From a virus, in IMG/VR virus record IMGVR_UViG_3300035701_000003: 64,000 nt of DNA; one strand, 5' to 3'. Every line of letters begins with the position of its first letter. Positions within the stretch are counted from its first letter, which is position 1. The notes beneath the pieces are model-generated. The model searched no databases and was not told the DNA's origin. It saw only the letters and a program-made list of their open reading frames with translations. Of this stretch, positions 10,028 to 20,052 are shown in pieces. The translations under genes and the position numbers were made by a program.

Positions 10028-10855
10028 ATGAATGAATTAGTTGCTTTAAGTAAAAGACATCCCCTTTGTAAAATATGCACTGTATTCGAAGACGACCTCC
10101 TTAACGACATTACCCTTGATATAGTATTACAAAGGAAAACGTATAAAGAAATATGTGAATGTTACTCTAAACTATTACCCCCTAACATCCCTGATATAAA
10201 CGATATTAATGTTAGAAATCACAAAAGACATTGCGATCCTGGCTTACTAGCTAAGGAATACTTACAACAACAGGGTATGGCTATTACTCCAGGTGAGATT
10301 GCTGTAAAGTTATACGCAGAAATTTATAAGGATGAGATTGATAAGAACAACACATTAAATGAATTGTATAGAGAAAGAATCAAAAATATGCAATCTCTTC
10401 AATTAGTGCTAGATGAAAAGCATTTAAGAGCCGATGAATTGGAAAGAACTTTACAAAAAGCAAAAGATGAAAGACAACCAGATTCTGTTATAAACGATAT
10501 GGCTTACCGGTTAAAGGAAATACAAGGTGATATAAGATCCTATATTAAGCAGATAGATTCCATGCAAGGGGAAGTTCAAGATGTAATATTAAAAGAGAAG
10601 CAGGCTGAAAAGACCCCGATGGAAGGGACTATCTATGTTACTCAAAACTATGTAAATATATTTCAAGTTCATATGCAATCCTTTCTTGATGAATTAGTAC
10701 CTTCAATGTTACAAGAGTTTAGAGATATTCCCGAAAGAGGAAAGAAAACCATACAACTAATTACATCTTGTATGGATAGACATATTGGCTCTGCTCTTGA
10801 TGAAACTAAGTTATTAAAGTATACAAAAGGTAAAAAAATATTAAATGGAGACTAG
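10028..10855 (+). CDS. Terminase small subunit (probable)
   Basis: N-terminal HPLCKIC...NHKRHC helical/HTH-like region, coiled coil, position upstream of TerL. Confidence 0.55.
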   Translation: MNELVALSKRHPLCKICTVFEDDLLNDITLDIVLQRKTYKEICECYSKLLPPNIPDINDINVRNHKRHCDPGLLAKEYLQQQGMAITPGEIAVKLYAEIYKDEIDKNNTLNELYRERIKNMQSLQLVLDEKHLRADELERTLQKAKDERQPDSVINDMAYRLKEIQGDIRSYIKQIDSMQGEVQDVILKEKQAEKTPMEGTIYVTQNYVNIFQVHMQSFLDELVPSMLQEFRDIPERGKKTIQLITSCMDRHIGSALDETKLLKYTKGKKILNGD

Positions 10856-11216
10856 ATATACCGATACTAAGAGTAGAGGGTTGAAGATTTTATCTTGGCA
10901 AGTACAACTGCTTACTTGGGGCGATTTTCTAAAAGAGGTAGGCCCCAATCAAATTTGGGAAGCCAAGAATGGTCCGGGACTCGCGGGGCATTATTTACAT
11001 ACTACTATAGAATCTAATACGTATCCTCTTTGGATGACCCATATAGATATTACAAGGGCGCTATGGTTACCTCAAGTGGATTACTCTTTATCCGATGACG
11101 ACCACCATGCTTATAGGTTAATACAACTATATTTTGTATTTATAGGTTATAAAACCTATATTCTTATTACCGCTTGCGTTGTCGAGTCCCGCGGACCTTT
11201 TATGAGGGTTAAATAA
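10845..11216 (+). CDS. Small linker-motif protein between the terminase genes
   Basis: LKILSWQVQ near N-terminus; P.QIW segment resembles the first unit of the 5062 ORF. Confidence 0.6.
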   Translation: METRYTDTKSRGLKILSWQVQLLTWGDFLKEVGPNQIWEAKNGPGLAGHYLHTTIESNTYPLWMTHIDITRALWLPQVDYSLSDDDHHAYRLIQLYFVFIGYKTYILITACVVESRGPFMRVK

Positions 11217-11231
11217 AATTTTAGAGGGCAA

Positions 11232-13745
11232 TTGTCTAAAATTATAAGTTTCTCAGACTACGCTAACGATCTTATCGATAGTTCCATATCTTCTTACGGA
11301 GAAATAGAACCGTTAGATGCCTTTGCATTTATAACCTCTTCAGATTATTTAAACGAAGATCCTACCCCCTTTCAAAGTTTAGCTATTAAAACTCTTTACA
11401 ATCTTTGGGGTATATATCCCCCTATCTTAGAGGAAGAAGAACTAATAAGAATTCTCTACAGAGATTGGAATATAAAAGTAGAATTAGATAGAGAAGACCC
11501 TGTTACTCATTTTATAATGGTTTTAGGTCGAAGGAGTACTAAATGCTTAACGGGAGATTCCGAAATAATAGATGCTAATATGGGGAAGATTTATAAGTTA
11601 GGAGATTTATATGAATATAATTTACATCCCCCGATTTTTACATTAAAGAATGATTTTAAATTTACTAAAACTACTGATTACAGAGTACTTGATAATGGAA
11701 TTAAACCCTGTTATAAAATATTAACTAAGACTGGGAGAACCTTAGAGTGTACTGATAACGAACCCTTTTTAACAATTGAGGGATGGAAAGAACTTAAAGA
11801 TCTAAAAGAAAAAGATAGAATAGCTGTACCTTCTGTTTTACCTATCTTTGTAACTGATAAAGTTATAACGAAGAACGCAGCTAAAATGGATAATGCTTTT
11901 ATTACTTCTATCCCGAAAGAAATTTGGAATTATGTAGATAAGATAAGAATCGGAAAAGGATTAAAGAAACAGGATATACGAAAAGTGAAAAAGATTAGTG
12001 AATACTTAGACGATACCTATCTTAAGAACTTAGTTAAAGCTGATGTAATTTGGGATCCTATTAAAAGTATCGAGTACGTTGGGAAGAAGCAAACTTACGA
12101 TTTAAACGTGCCAGATACTCATAATTTTATAGCTAATAATATTGTAGTACATAATAGTACTTTAGCATCTTTCTTTGCTACTTATGCTCTTTACACCCTT
12201 ATATGTAGAGGTAATCCCCAAAAATATTATGGAATAAGAGAAAGGCATCCTATTTATGTAACTCACGTGGCTGCTAAAGGAAAACAGGCAGAAAGCGTTT
12301 TTATACTAACTAAAGATAATCTGAGAAAAGTTCCTTTCTTTGACCCTTACTTAGATTTTGATAAAGATAGTCTTACAGAACTCCGACTTTTTACTCCTTA
12401 CGATAAATACCTTAACGATCAGATTAAACAGATGAATATATTACTTCCAAGAGGAGAACTTAAAAAGCCGAAGAGGCCCGGTTCGTTATATGCGAAATCT
12501 ATTACTACATCCGCAGCTACTAATAGAGGCGATGCTACTTTTATGTTAATGCTTTCCGAGTTTGCGCACTTCTTAAGGGCTAGGATGGATCCTTCTAAAA
12601 CAGCAGACCAGGTAGCGGAAGAAAACCCTCAGAGTGATTATGCTATTTATAAAGCTTTAGTACCCGCTGTTAAAGACTTTGGAGAAGATGGTAAGATTAT
12701 ATTGGAGTCATCCCCTGCAGAAAAAGGTGGGGAAATGTATAGACATTATGGTATTGCTGGAGGTTCCGAACAAGAAGGTGGGCAGACTATGGAGAGGGAA
12801 GTAGGTTATGCTTTATTACAATTACCTACTTGGGCCGCGAGACCCAGTATATCAAGAGAATCATTAGCATCTGAATTTAGGAGCGATTCAGTGGGGGCCA
12901 ACGCTGAATATGGGGCTCATTTTCTTAATCCTTCTATGGCTTTTATATCTGAGAACGTTATAAATAGTATTCCTCAACCGGAAAGGGGTATAATACTTAG
13001 AAATCCAAGTAACTGGAGATTCGTTATATGTTTAGATCCAGGGGGAAAGGCTAAAGTTAAAGTGGCCGATACTTACGCTTTAGGATGGGGGCACGCTGAC
13101 GTTAAACCCGACGAAAGAGATACCACTTATTGGATAGATGGATTTAAAGGATGGGATGCTATTCCAAAAGATATAGGTTTTGGGAAAATAGAAACAATAC
13201 CTGTGGACCCCAACGAAGTTTTGAACTATTTAATAGAGTTAATAAAAGACTTAGGAGGGAGAAACTTTGTATTAGAAATATGTTATGATCAATGGCAAAA
13301 CCAACAAGCTGTATCTTCTCTTCAAGCTATAGGATTACCGGCTATCGAGACTACTTTTACTAATCCTTACAAAGGTCAGATGTATGGAGATTTCCTTTCT
13401 AAAGCCGAACACGGTCAAGTAAAAATGTATGGTCAAGATACCGAAGGTTGGGTAGATAGATGGAAACTGGAAATGAAATACTTACAAAGAATAATATCTG
13501 GTAAGTATACTTATTTTAAACATCCCGATTCTGGCCCCGTAAGGCACGATGACTTCGCCGATGTTGCGAGTAACATTGTTCACAGACTTTCTATTTGGAG
13601 TTATCCTACTAAAGAAACTACCGAAAGAAACATATTAGACAAACAAGGTAGACCAGTACGAAAACGAACTACTGTATATCCAGTAAAAGGGCCTGGTTTA
13701 TATAGAGGAAGTCCATTGGGCGGTAGAACTTCAGGAGGGCGTTAA
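11232..13745 (+). CDS. terL: Terminase large subunit, intein-interrupted
   Basis: Walker A GRRSTK|S split by intein; Walker B-like LMLSEFAH; ESSP coupling motif; RNase H-like nuclease ICLDPG...D and C-terminal HDDFAD. Confidence 0.9.
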   Translation: MSKIISFSDYANDLIDSSISSYGEIEPLDAFAFITSSDYLNEDPTPFQSLAIKTLYNLWGIYPPILEEEELIRILYRDWNIKVELDREDPVTHFIMVLGRRSTKCLTGDSEIIDANMGKIYKLGDLYEYNLHPPIFTLKNDFKFTKTTDYRVLDNGIKPCYKILTKTGRTLECTDNEPFLTIEGWKELKDLKEKDRIAVPSVLPIFVTDKVITKNAAKMDNAFITSIPKEIWNYVDKIRIGKGLKKQDIRKVKKISEYLDDTYLKNLVKADVIWDPIKSIEYVGKKQTYDLNVPDTHNFIANNIVVHNSTLASFFATYALYTLICRGNPQKYYGIRERHPIYVTHVAAKGKQAESVFILTKDNLRKVPFFDPYLDFDKDSLTELRLFTPYDKYLNDQIKQMNILLPRGELKKPKRPGSLYAKSITTSAATNRGDATFMLMLSEFAHFLRARMDPSKTADQVAEENPQSDYAIYKALVPAVKDFGEDGKIILESSPAEKGGEMYRHYGIAGGSEQEGGQTMEREVGYALLQLPTWAARPSISRESLASEFRSDSVGANAEYGAHFLNPSMAFISENVINSIPQPERGIILRNPSNWRFVICLDPGGKAKVKVADTYALGWGHADVKPDERDTTYWIDGFKGWDAIPKDIGFGKIETIPVDPNEVLNYLIELIKDLGGRNFVLEICYDQWQNQQAVSSLQAIGLPAIETTFTNPYKGQMYGDFLSKAEHGQVKMYGQDTEGWVDRWKLEMKYLQRIISGKYTYFKHPDSGPVRHDDFADVASNIVHRLSIWSYPTKETTERNILDKQGRPVRKRTTVYPVKGPGLYRGSPLGGRTSGGR
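11544..12155 (+). mobile_element. Mini-intein (204 aa, no endonuclease) in TerL Walker A
   Basis: Starts CLTGDSEI, ends HNFIANNIVVHN followed by Ser(+1); DnaB-type intein blocks; no LAGLIDADG motifs. Confidence 0.93.
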
Positions 13746-13746
13746 T

Positions 13747-13759
13747 CGTGTATATTATA
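13747..13759 (+). promoter_or_regulatory. CGTGTATATTATA copy 1 (putative early promoter)
   Basis: Exact intergenic 13-mer, also at 15060 and 27464, each upstream of accessory genes. Confidence 0.6.
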
Positions 13760-13910
13760 TATAAACATTTATGTTTAACTATTTATAAGGTATTAAGTTG
13801 AAACTTTTTATTAGTGTTTTTATACTTATTGTTCTATGGATATTACTATTATGCATAGTAAACTAATAGAATGATATTGAAGTCATTTACAACTTAGGAG
13901 AAAATAAATT

Positions 13911-14324
13911 ATGACAAAAAAATTAGAAGATAAGTTATTTGAAAAATACCCTAAAATCTTTCGTCAAAAAGATTTGGATATGAAACAAACCGCAATGTGT
14001 TGGGGAATCGAGTGCGGAGATGGCTGGTATATGTTGCTTGATGTAATGTGCCATTTATTACAATGGGATACCGACCACAATAATTCCAAAAAAGGAAATA
14101 ACGAAGGTAGAAACCCTCAAATTGAGGTAGTCCAAGTAAAAGAAAAGTGGGGTGAACTTAGATTTTATACTACTGGTTATAATGACCATCAAAGTGGAAT
14201 AATAAGTTTCGCTGAAAGTATGTCGCACCACATTTGTGAAAATTGCGGATCTACGGACGATGTGCAAGAAACAAAAACAAGTTGGATAAGAAATTTGTGT
14301 AAAAAATGTAGAGAGACAAAATAA
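13911..14324 (+). CDS. Conserved phage hypothetical protein (QVKEKWGELRFY family)
   Basis: ECGDGW and QVKEKWGELRFY motifs, C-terminal CxxC..C; AGGAG RBS. Confidence 0.75.
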   Translation: MTKKLEDKLFEKYPKIFRQKDLDMKQTAMCWGIECGDGWYMLLDVMCHLLQWDTDHNNSKKGNNEGRNPQIEVVQVKEKWGELRFYTTGYNDHQSGIISFAESMSHHICENCGSTDDVQETKTSWIRNLCKKCRETK

Positions 14325-14636
14325 ATGATACCTGAAGATGATATTATAAAAGTTTTGATAAAAGATTACGGATGGAAAGTTGAAGAAGACTTCGGTTTTA
14401 TGAGTAAAGAACTAATCAGAAACGTAGCGAAGATAGTAGAAGATAAGGTTAAGAGTGGTGTTGATAAAGATTTATTAAAGAAATTTTTAATATGGTGCTA
14501 TAGAGTAGCTAAAATTGATGTAGTAGACCCCGAAATAAACATTGAGGTTAAAGGCTATAGTAGTAAAGATTCCGTTCCTATTTGGGATTTAGAGAAATTA
14601 GTTTCGCAATTTTTGCTGGAAAATAAATATGGATAA
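14325..14636 (+). CDS. Hypothetical protein
   Basis: ORF tightly packed in operon. Confidence 0.6.
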   Translation: MIPEDDIIKVLIKDYGWKVEEDFGFMSKELIRNVAKIVEDKVKSGVDKDLLKKFLIWCYRVAKIDVVDPEINIEVKGYSSKDSVPIWDLEKLVSQFLLENKYG

Positions 14637-14865
14637 GGAAAGGATAAAAGAATTAGCGGGATTAGCCGGATTTAAATACTCGCACGACGGGCCTGATTAT
14701 GTTTGTTTTAAAAGTGAGAATACTAATATAATTCTTGTTTATACTTCTACTGGGGAACTGAGCCTTTTACGAAGGTTATTTAAAGAATGTAGAATTGCTG
14801 GTCAAATAAAATTACGACTGGAATACGAGAAACTTATGAATCCTTTTAACTATCACCTACTCTAA
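14629..14865 (+). CDS. Hypothetical protein
   Basis: Overlaps upstream stop; operon packing. Confidence 0.55.
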   Translation: MDKERIKELAGLAGFKYSHDGPDYVCFKSENTNIILVYTSTGELSLLRRLFKECRIAGQIKLRLEYEKLMNPFNYHLL

Positions 14866-15059
14866 TATGATTGAAAGTATCTTACATTTTATCGGTATAT
14901 GTCCTGATAGCCTTTCACACCCTAATCTTCTTAATCTTTTAACACTTGGTATCTTAGTCTCCATTGGAGCGAAACTTAAGTTTTTTTATTATAAATCACG
15001 AAAAATTGTTAAAAATCTTGGTTTTTAGTCTAAAAACAACTTCCTTATTTGAGCGAATT

Positions 15060-15072
15060 CGTGTATATTATA
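15060..15072 (+). promoter_or_regulatory. CGTGTATATTATA copy 2
   Basis: Exact 13-mer about 20 nt upstream of ORF 15093. Confidence 0.6.
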
Positions 15073-15092
15073 GATAGAAATAATAATAATTT

Positions 15093-15461
15093 ATGCGAAA
15101 GGATGCAAAAATGAATCAAGTTAAATTACCCCCTAGAAGGAATAATGAATTAAAAAAGGATTTAATTATCTGTCCTACTTGCAAAGGCGAAGGTACTAGA
15201 GCAGTAGTAGCTAAAATATTGGACGAGAAGGGTTGGTATGATGCCCCCCCTGTTGTGATGAGTTGTAGTCTTTGTGAAGGAAAAAAAGTAGTGAGTAAAA
15301 AGTGGCTAGAAGCAAGAGAGGAAGCTTATAAAGATTTTTGGTGTGCCTGTAAAGGAGATGCTCTAAGAGATTCTATATACTATGCCGATGGAGAGCACCT
15401 GGGATGTTCAAAACATCATTACAGATGCAGAACTTGTGGGAAGGTAACACAGGTAGGTTAA
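15093..15461 (+). CDS. DnaJ-type zinc-finger protein
   Basis: CPTCKGEG and CSLCEGKK motifs plus a second C/H cluster. Confidence 0.7.
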   Translation: MRKDAKMNQVKLPPRRNNELKKDLIICPTCKGEGTRAVVAKILDEKGWYDAPPVVMSCSLCEGKKVVSKKWLEAREEAYKDFWCACKGDALRDSIYYADGEHLGCSKHHYRCRTCGKVTQVG

Positions 15462-15462
15462 A

Positions 15463-16017
15463 ATGACTATATCAGACCAATTAGAATATTCGTCCGCCAT
15501 CGTTTTTGGGATTGACTTTGAGATAAATGTTATGCCAAAGAATATGTTACACGTAGTATTTGATAACCCTATACCATCCATAGCTGAAATGGAAAAGTAT
15601 GGTCTTACTTCCAGCGATGCTCAAAATGAACATGACGTTTTAATACACCGTAAGAATCATAAATACGAATCAAAGCCAAGTAAAAAAGATAGGGAGAAGA
15701 AATTTACTTTTAGAACAGAACACCCAACTGGACAATGGTGTTCCTTTTTCCCGGATAGCTATCATATCAAATTAAAAAGAAAAGAAGTTGGAAGTATTAC
15801 TGATGGAGTTCCTTATAAAATTAGTTTGCAGGTAATTAAAAAGGATATTAACGAAGATGGTAATCCTAATTGTCCTTGGAAATGGATTACTCTAAAGAAG
15901 GAATCTCAGACCTTACAAGAAGCGAAAGATTTTTTGAATAGGTATATTGATAAAATTTTAGCAAAGTATAAATTATATTTAGGCGATGAAATTGAAATTA
16001 ATAATGGATATAAGTAG
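15463..16017 (+). CDS. Hypothetical protein
   Basis: 184-aa ORF, operon packing. Confidence 0.6.
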   Translation: MTISDQLEYSSAIVFGIDFEINVMPKNMLHVVFDNPIPSIAEMEKYGLTSSDAQNEHDVLIHRKNHKYESKPSKKDREKKFTFRTEHPTGQWCSFFPDSYHIKLKRKEVGSITDGVPYKISLQVIKKDINEDGNPNCPWKWITLKKESQTLQEAKDFLNRYIDKILAKYKLYLGDEIEINNGYK

Positions 16018-16264
16018 AGGTAACATATTTTACAATCAAGTAATTCCCGAAGACGAGCTTTGGGAAGATACTTTAAAAAGAAATGGCTTAAAGATAATTC
16101 AATTACATAAGCCTTCTCAAAGCATTTACGGAGAGAAGTTGAACGTGTGTATTATGGAAGTGAAGGAAGTGAAGGAAGGGGAACTAGTTATTGTTGAGAA
16201 TGGTGATAAAACTATAGATGAAATAAAAACTTTGTTAAAGGAGTCAAGTATATCAAAACAATAA
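15986..16264 (+). CDS. Hypothetical protein
   Basis: ORF in operon; start uncertain. Confidence 0.5.
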   Translation: MKLKLIMDISRGNIFYNQVIPEDELWEDTLKRNGLKIIQLHKPSQSIYGEKLNVCIMEVKEVKEGELVIVENGDKTIDEIKTLLKESSISKQ

Positions 16265-16436
16265 AAGTATTAACAAATCTTTTTTTTAGGGATACTACAG
16301 TTGCCGTTGGCAATAATAATCCATTTTTTAATAGCGATAGTCGTGGCTATAATTATTACTGGTTATAATATCGAAAATAGAAAGCCGGGCAATTGGATAT
16401 TAACTTGGGGGGCATATACACAAGCCAAAGGAAGAG

Positions 16437-16871
16437 ATGCGAATTAATTTAGTTCCCCCTTTTGAATTAACAGATCAGCACCTGGTAGCTGAATATTGTG
16501 AGATTTTAATGCTTTGCGGTATCTTGCAAAGAACTTTACATAGTAAAAAAGGATTTCAAGTAACTAAAGTGCCAAAGGAATTTACTTTAGGTAAGGGGCA
16601 TGCGTATTTCTTCTATAACAAAGGAGTATATTTACATAATAGATTTGTAACTCTCAAGACTGAAATGTTGAGAAGAGGAATTAATACGAATAAGAGTTTT
16701 CCAATCAATATGTGGCCGAAGGAATTGTTAAATAACTGGACTCCAACTTTCAAAGATTTAAGTATAATAAGGAAGCGAATTTCTGAAAGGCTTAAAGGAA
16801 AACCAGGGTGGTATAAAAAAAATAAACTCTTAATAGATAACTTTATAAATAGATTTGAGGATGTTGCTTGA
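16437..16871 (+). CDS. denV: Pyrimidine-dimer DNA glycosylase (T4 endonuclease V family)
   Basis: MRINLVPP.ELTDQHLVAEY.E and FTLGKGH..FFYNK..YL..RF..L..EM.RRG match the DenV pattern. Confidence 0.9.
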   Translation: MRINLVPPFELTDQHLVAEYCEILMLCGILQRTLHSKKGFQVTKVPKEFTLGKGHAYFFYNKGVYLHNRFVTLKTEMLRRGINTNKSFPINMWPKELLNNWTPTFKDLSIIRKRISERLKGKPGWYKKNKLLIDNFINRFEDVA

Positions 16872-17206
16872 GCGAATCTGGTTCTCTAACACACGAGGAG
16901 ATAAAGCGGAAGACCTGGCCCGATGAGAATACTGAAATAGGATTTGGTAGAAGTTCTAAACAGTTATCAAGTATGTTACTACCCTTTATACTTGCAAGTG
17001 GGATGACCAGCGCCGGCCTTGCGGGACTTAAAGGTACTTCTAAATTTGACTACCCCCTCAAGAAAACGAGAAAATGCCTGCTACCAGAATGTAATGTTAC
17101 TTATTCTGGTGGGGATAATGTTTGTTGTTGTTCTAAAGAACACTTCCTTTTACTCCGCCAAAGACAAAAGGCGGCTCGTAAAGAAGAACAAAAGAAAAAA
17201 GGTTAA
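16868..17206 (+). CDS. Hypothetical protein with Cys cluster
   Basis: CLLPEC...CCCSKEH. Confidence 0.5.
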   Translation: MSESGSLTHEEIKRKTWPDENTEIGFGRSSKQLSSMLLPFILASGMTSAGLAGLKGTSKFDYPLKKTRKCLLPECNVTYSGGDNVCCCSKEHFLLLRQRQKAARKEEQKKKG

Positions 17207-17556
17207 TGATGTCTAAGATAGACGAGCATACTTTAGAGAATGTTAAAATTATTAATAATAATTTTCACGAATTTTGTAAACAGAATAATATAGTCTGCGC
17301 TTTCACTTTATTTAATATGACGGATAGTGGTTATATGGCTACTCTGGAAATGGTACCTGTTTTGAAGAATCCAGAAATACTTGATGATATGGTACCTCTT
17401 GAACGTCTTTTTTATAACGAACTTTTAGAGGTATGGGGACTAATGGAAACTTCTTTTAAGACAGGGGTTTACAATTTACAACGCCTTCTGGAAGAGCGCT
17501 ATAGCGATGTTAAATTAGATGTTTATTCTAGTGATAATGAGGAGATAACTACGTGA
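17206..17556 (+). CDS. Hypothetical protein
   Basis: Stop/start coupling. Confidence 0.55.
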   Translation: MMSKIDEHTLENVKIINNNFHEFCKQNNIVCAFTLFNMTDSGYMATLEMVPVLKNPEILDDMVPLERLFYNELLEVWGLMETSFKTGVYNLQRLLEERYSDVKLDVYSSDNEEITT

Positions 17557-17834
17557 AACTTTATAATTGCCCCAATCGTAAGTGGGTTATAGTTAAAGGG
17601 TCTGGTAGTATTGATACTGCTAATATAAAGATACTACCAGCGACTCTTCCAGTAGAAAAAGAAGAGGAGATATTTTTTGATCATGTTGATGGTATGTATT
17701 CTTTTTGTTTGAATAAAGAAGGACAAATATGTTATATAGCTGCTTGGACGGAAGTAGAAGTATGTAAAGAACAAAGGAAACTGCCAAAAGAAAAAGAGAT
17801 AGTAGAAATCCAAAATAAGGATCGACGTGTTTAA
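17553..17834 (+). CDS. Hypothetical protein
   Basis: GTGA coupling; FFDHVDGMYSFC motif. Confidence 0.55.
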   Translation: MKLYNCPNRKWVIVKGSGSIDTANIKILPATLPVEKEEEIFFDHVDGMYSFCLNKEGQICYIAAWTEVEVCKEQRKLPKEKEIVEIQNKDRRV

Positions 17835-17839
17835 TATTA

Positions 17840-19315
17840 ATGAAACAAATAAAATGCAGGAATACTAAGATGCGAAAAAATCAAATTTTTGAAGTAGACA
17901 TCGAAGGTTTAAGACAACTTCAAGAAGGCAAACCTAAGTGGATTATCATCCGCGAACTCCTCCAAAACGCAATAGATGAAGATATTAACGAATGTATTAT
18001 TTCTATGGAATACAAGAGGGGTAAATTACTTCTTACTGTAGAAGATGATTCCCCAACCGGCTTTCAAGACCTTACTGATATTTATACTCTTTTCAAAGAT
18101 ACCTATAAACGCTCTGACGTTACTAAAAGGGGTAGATTTAACTTTGGAGAAAAACAAGTATTATGCCTCGCTGACTTTGCAGAGATAATTACCACGACCG
18201 GCGGTTACCATTTCGATATGATTAAAGGTATAAAAACTCCTTTACGAACACGAAGGCAAAAAGGCAGTTCCGTTTATATAGAGGCGAGAATGTCTAAGAA
18301 CGAATACTTTTCATGTAAAGAATATTGTAATCAAATATTAATACCTCCCGGTATAAGCTTTTACCTTAATGAAACTAATGAGCCTATGTTACAATTTTCT
18401 TATCAGGCTCCAGATATGTCATTCCCCGCTAACCTTCCTACAGAAATAAAGATGGAAGGCAAGATGAAAAAGGTTACACAGGCTACCCTTATAAATCTTC
18501 ATAAAAAGGAAGGAGTTGCTTATATTTATGAAATGGGGATTCCTATTTGTGAAATTGATTGTGCCTATTCTATTGACGTTCAGCAGAAGGTACCACTATC
18601 TTCCGATAGAGATACCGTCGACTCTAAATACTTAAAACTTCTTTACGGAGAAGTTCTTAACTATACTATAAAAGAAATTAAGTCTGAACAAAGTTCCAAC
18701 CTTTGGGTAAGAGAAGGGTTCGTATCTTCCAGAACTAGTAAAGAAGTTAGAAAAGAAGTACTAGAAAAACGCTTCGGAGAAAAATCCTTAATAGCTAACC
18801 CTATGGATAAGCGAAGCATGGATGAGGCTATTACTAATAACTATAATGTAGTATATGGTTCCGAGATGAGTAAGGAGGAGTGGGGTATTATAAGAGAAGA
18901 AGAATTAATGGAGAGTACTTCTTCTAAATTCAAAATGCGTTTGGTAGACAGCAAGTGTATAGAAGGCACTGAGGTTCAGAAAAAAGTAGGAGAGTTTTGC
19001 GTAAAAATAGCTTACGAGTTTCTTAGTACTTTACCACTTAAAGTATCCTTTTATGATGCACCCGAAGCTACAGTGATGGCCGACTTTGATAGAGACGCTT
19101 ATCACTTAAGATTTAATGTAGCTAAAATACCAACGACTTACTGGCATATAGGTAGTGGTAAAATTGATAATTGGAAATTACTTGATTTGATTATTCATGA
19201 GTTGGGGCACTATCGTGGAATGCATTACGAACAATCCTATCATGAATGTATTACGATGTTAGGTAGTAGGTTGGCCGTGAAAGCTTTGCGAGACCCAGCG
19301 TGGTTTAATATTTAA
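17840..19315 (+). CDS. GHKL (Hsp90/MutL-like) ATPase fused to C-terminal HExxH zincin-like domain
   Basis: RELLQNAIDE, VEDDSPTG and RGRFNFGEK GHKL motifs; IIHELGH near C-terminus. Confidence 0.8.
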   Translation: MKQIKCRNTKMRKNQIFEVDIEGLRQLQEGKPKWIIIRELLQNAIDEDINECIISMEYKRGKLLLTVEDDSPTGFQDLTDIYTLFKDTYKRSDVTKRGRFNFGEKQVLCLADFAEIITTTGGYHFDMIKGIKTPLRTRRQKGSSVYIEARMSKNEYFSCKEYCNQILIPPGISFYLNETNEPMLQFSYQAPDMSFPANLPTEIKMEGKMKKVTQATLINLHKKEGVAYIYEMGIPICEIDCAYSIDVQQKVPLSSDRDTVDSKYLKLLYGEVLNYTIKEIKSEQSSNLWVREGFVSSRTSKEVRKEVLEKRFGEKSLIANPMDKRSMDEAITNNYNVVYGSEMSKEEWGIIREEELMESTSSKFKMRLVDSKCIEGTEVQKKVGEFCVKIAYEFLSTLPLKVSFYDAPEATVMADFDRDAYHLRFNVAKIPTTYWHIGSGKIDNWKLLDLIIHELGHYRGMHYEQSYHECITMLGSRLAVKALRDPAWFNI

Positions 19316-19325
19316 GGAGTATGAA

Positions 19326-19502
19326 ATGAAAAAAGAAGTTAACGAAACTAAGGTAAAGTTTATTCTTCGCATACTAGCTGAGAACAACCTTCTTACCAGA
19401 CAACTAATATATGCTATAAGCGCTATATATGATATTGACTCTATGGTAATAGTGAAAAGGGAAGAATACTCTTACAGTTATGAAACATCTAATAAAGGAT
19501 GA
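19326..19502 (+). CDS. Small hypothetical protein (not in ORF track)
   Basis: AAGGAG RBS, MKKEVNETKVKFILRILAENN..., ATGA-coupled to 19499. Confidence 0.5.
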   Translation: MKKEVNETKVKFILRILAENNLLTRQLIYAISAIYDIDSMVIVKREEYSYSYETSNKG

Positions 19503-19732
19503 ACAATTTATATAAACAGTGTTTAATAAAGTATGAAAGTGGAGCTCTTTCTACTGTATGGATACCTTTAAAGTTCGCTGAAAAGGGAAAGGATATTATA
19601 GTAGGTAAGTATAATATAGATGGAGTAAGCGTTAAAGTAGTCAGGGTATACAACGGGGTTAGTTTAGAGGAAGAACAAATAAACTTAAATAAAAAATCTA
19701 AATTTGATAGTATAAAGGAGATGCAAAAATGA
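19499..19732 (+). CDS. Hypothetical protein
   Basis: ATGA coupling. Confidence 0.55.
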   Translation: MNNLYKQCLIKYESGALSTVWIPLKFAEKGKDIIVGKYNIDGVSVKVVRVYNGVSLEEEQINLNKKSKFDSIKEMQK

Positions 19733-20052
19733 ACCTAAATGAATGGATCAAAAATAAAGTAAAATCTGAGAACTCTTGTCTTGGATTTTCTATCAGATAT
19801 AATGCTCATTATATTAACCTTTATCTTGAACCCCCTAAGAACTTTTACGCATTCAAAAAGTATTTTGATTCTAAGTTATCTACTAAAGAAGTAAACCTTG
19901 GAATAACTATAAAAGTCGAGCAGAAGGAGTTTCATAAGTTTATATTAGGAGGCGTGAAGTTGATAACTAAAGATGCGTTTGGTACTTTTAAAAGATCAAG
20001 AATGCAGTTAACCTTATGGACATCTCCAAATTTCGTTTCTATTAGGCCTTAA
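19729..20052 (+). CDS. Hypothetical protein
   Basis: ATGA coupling, AAGGAG RBS. Confidence 0.55.
   Translation: MNLNEWIKNKVKSENSCLGFSIRYNAHYINLYLEPPKNFYAFKKYFDSKLSTKEVNLGITIKVEQKEFHKFILGGVKLITKDAFGTFKRSRMQLTLWTSPNFVSIRP

Noticed and set aside
16264-16446. Hydrophobic reading frame possibly frameshifted at a T8 run
   Set aside because: No start codon found in either frame; too speculative
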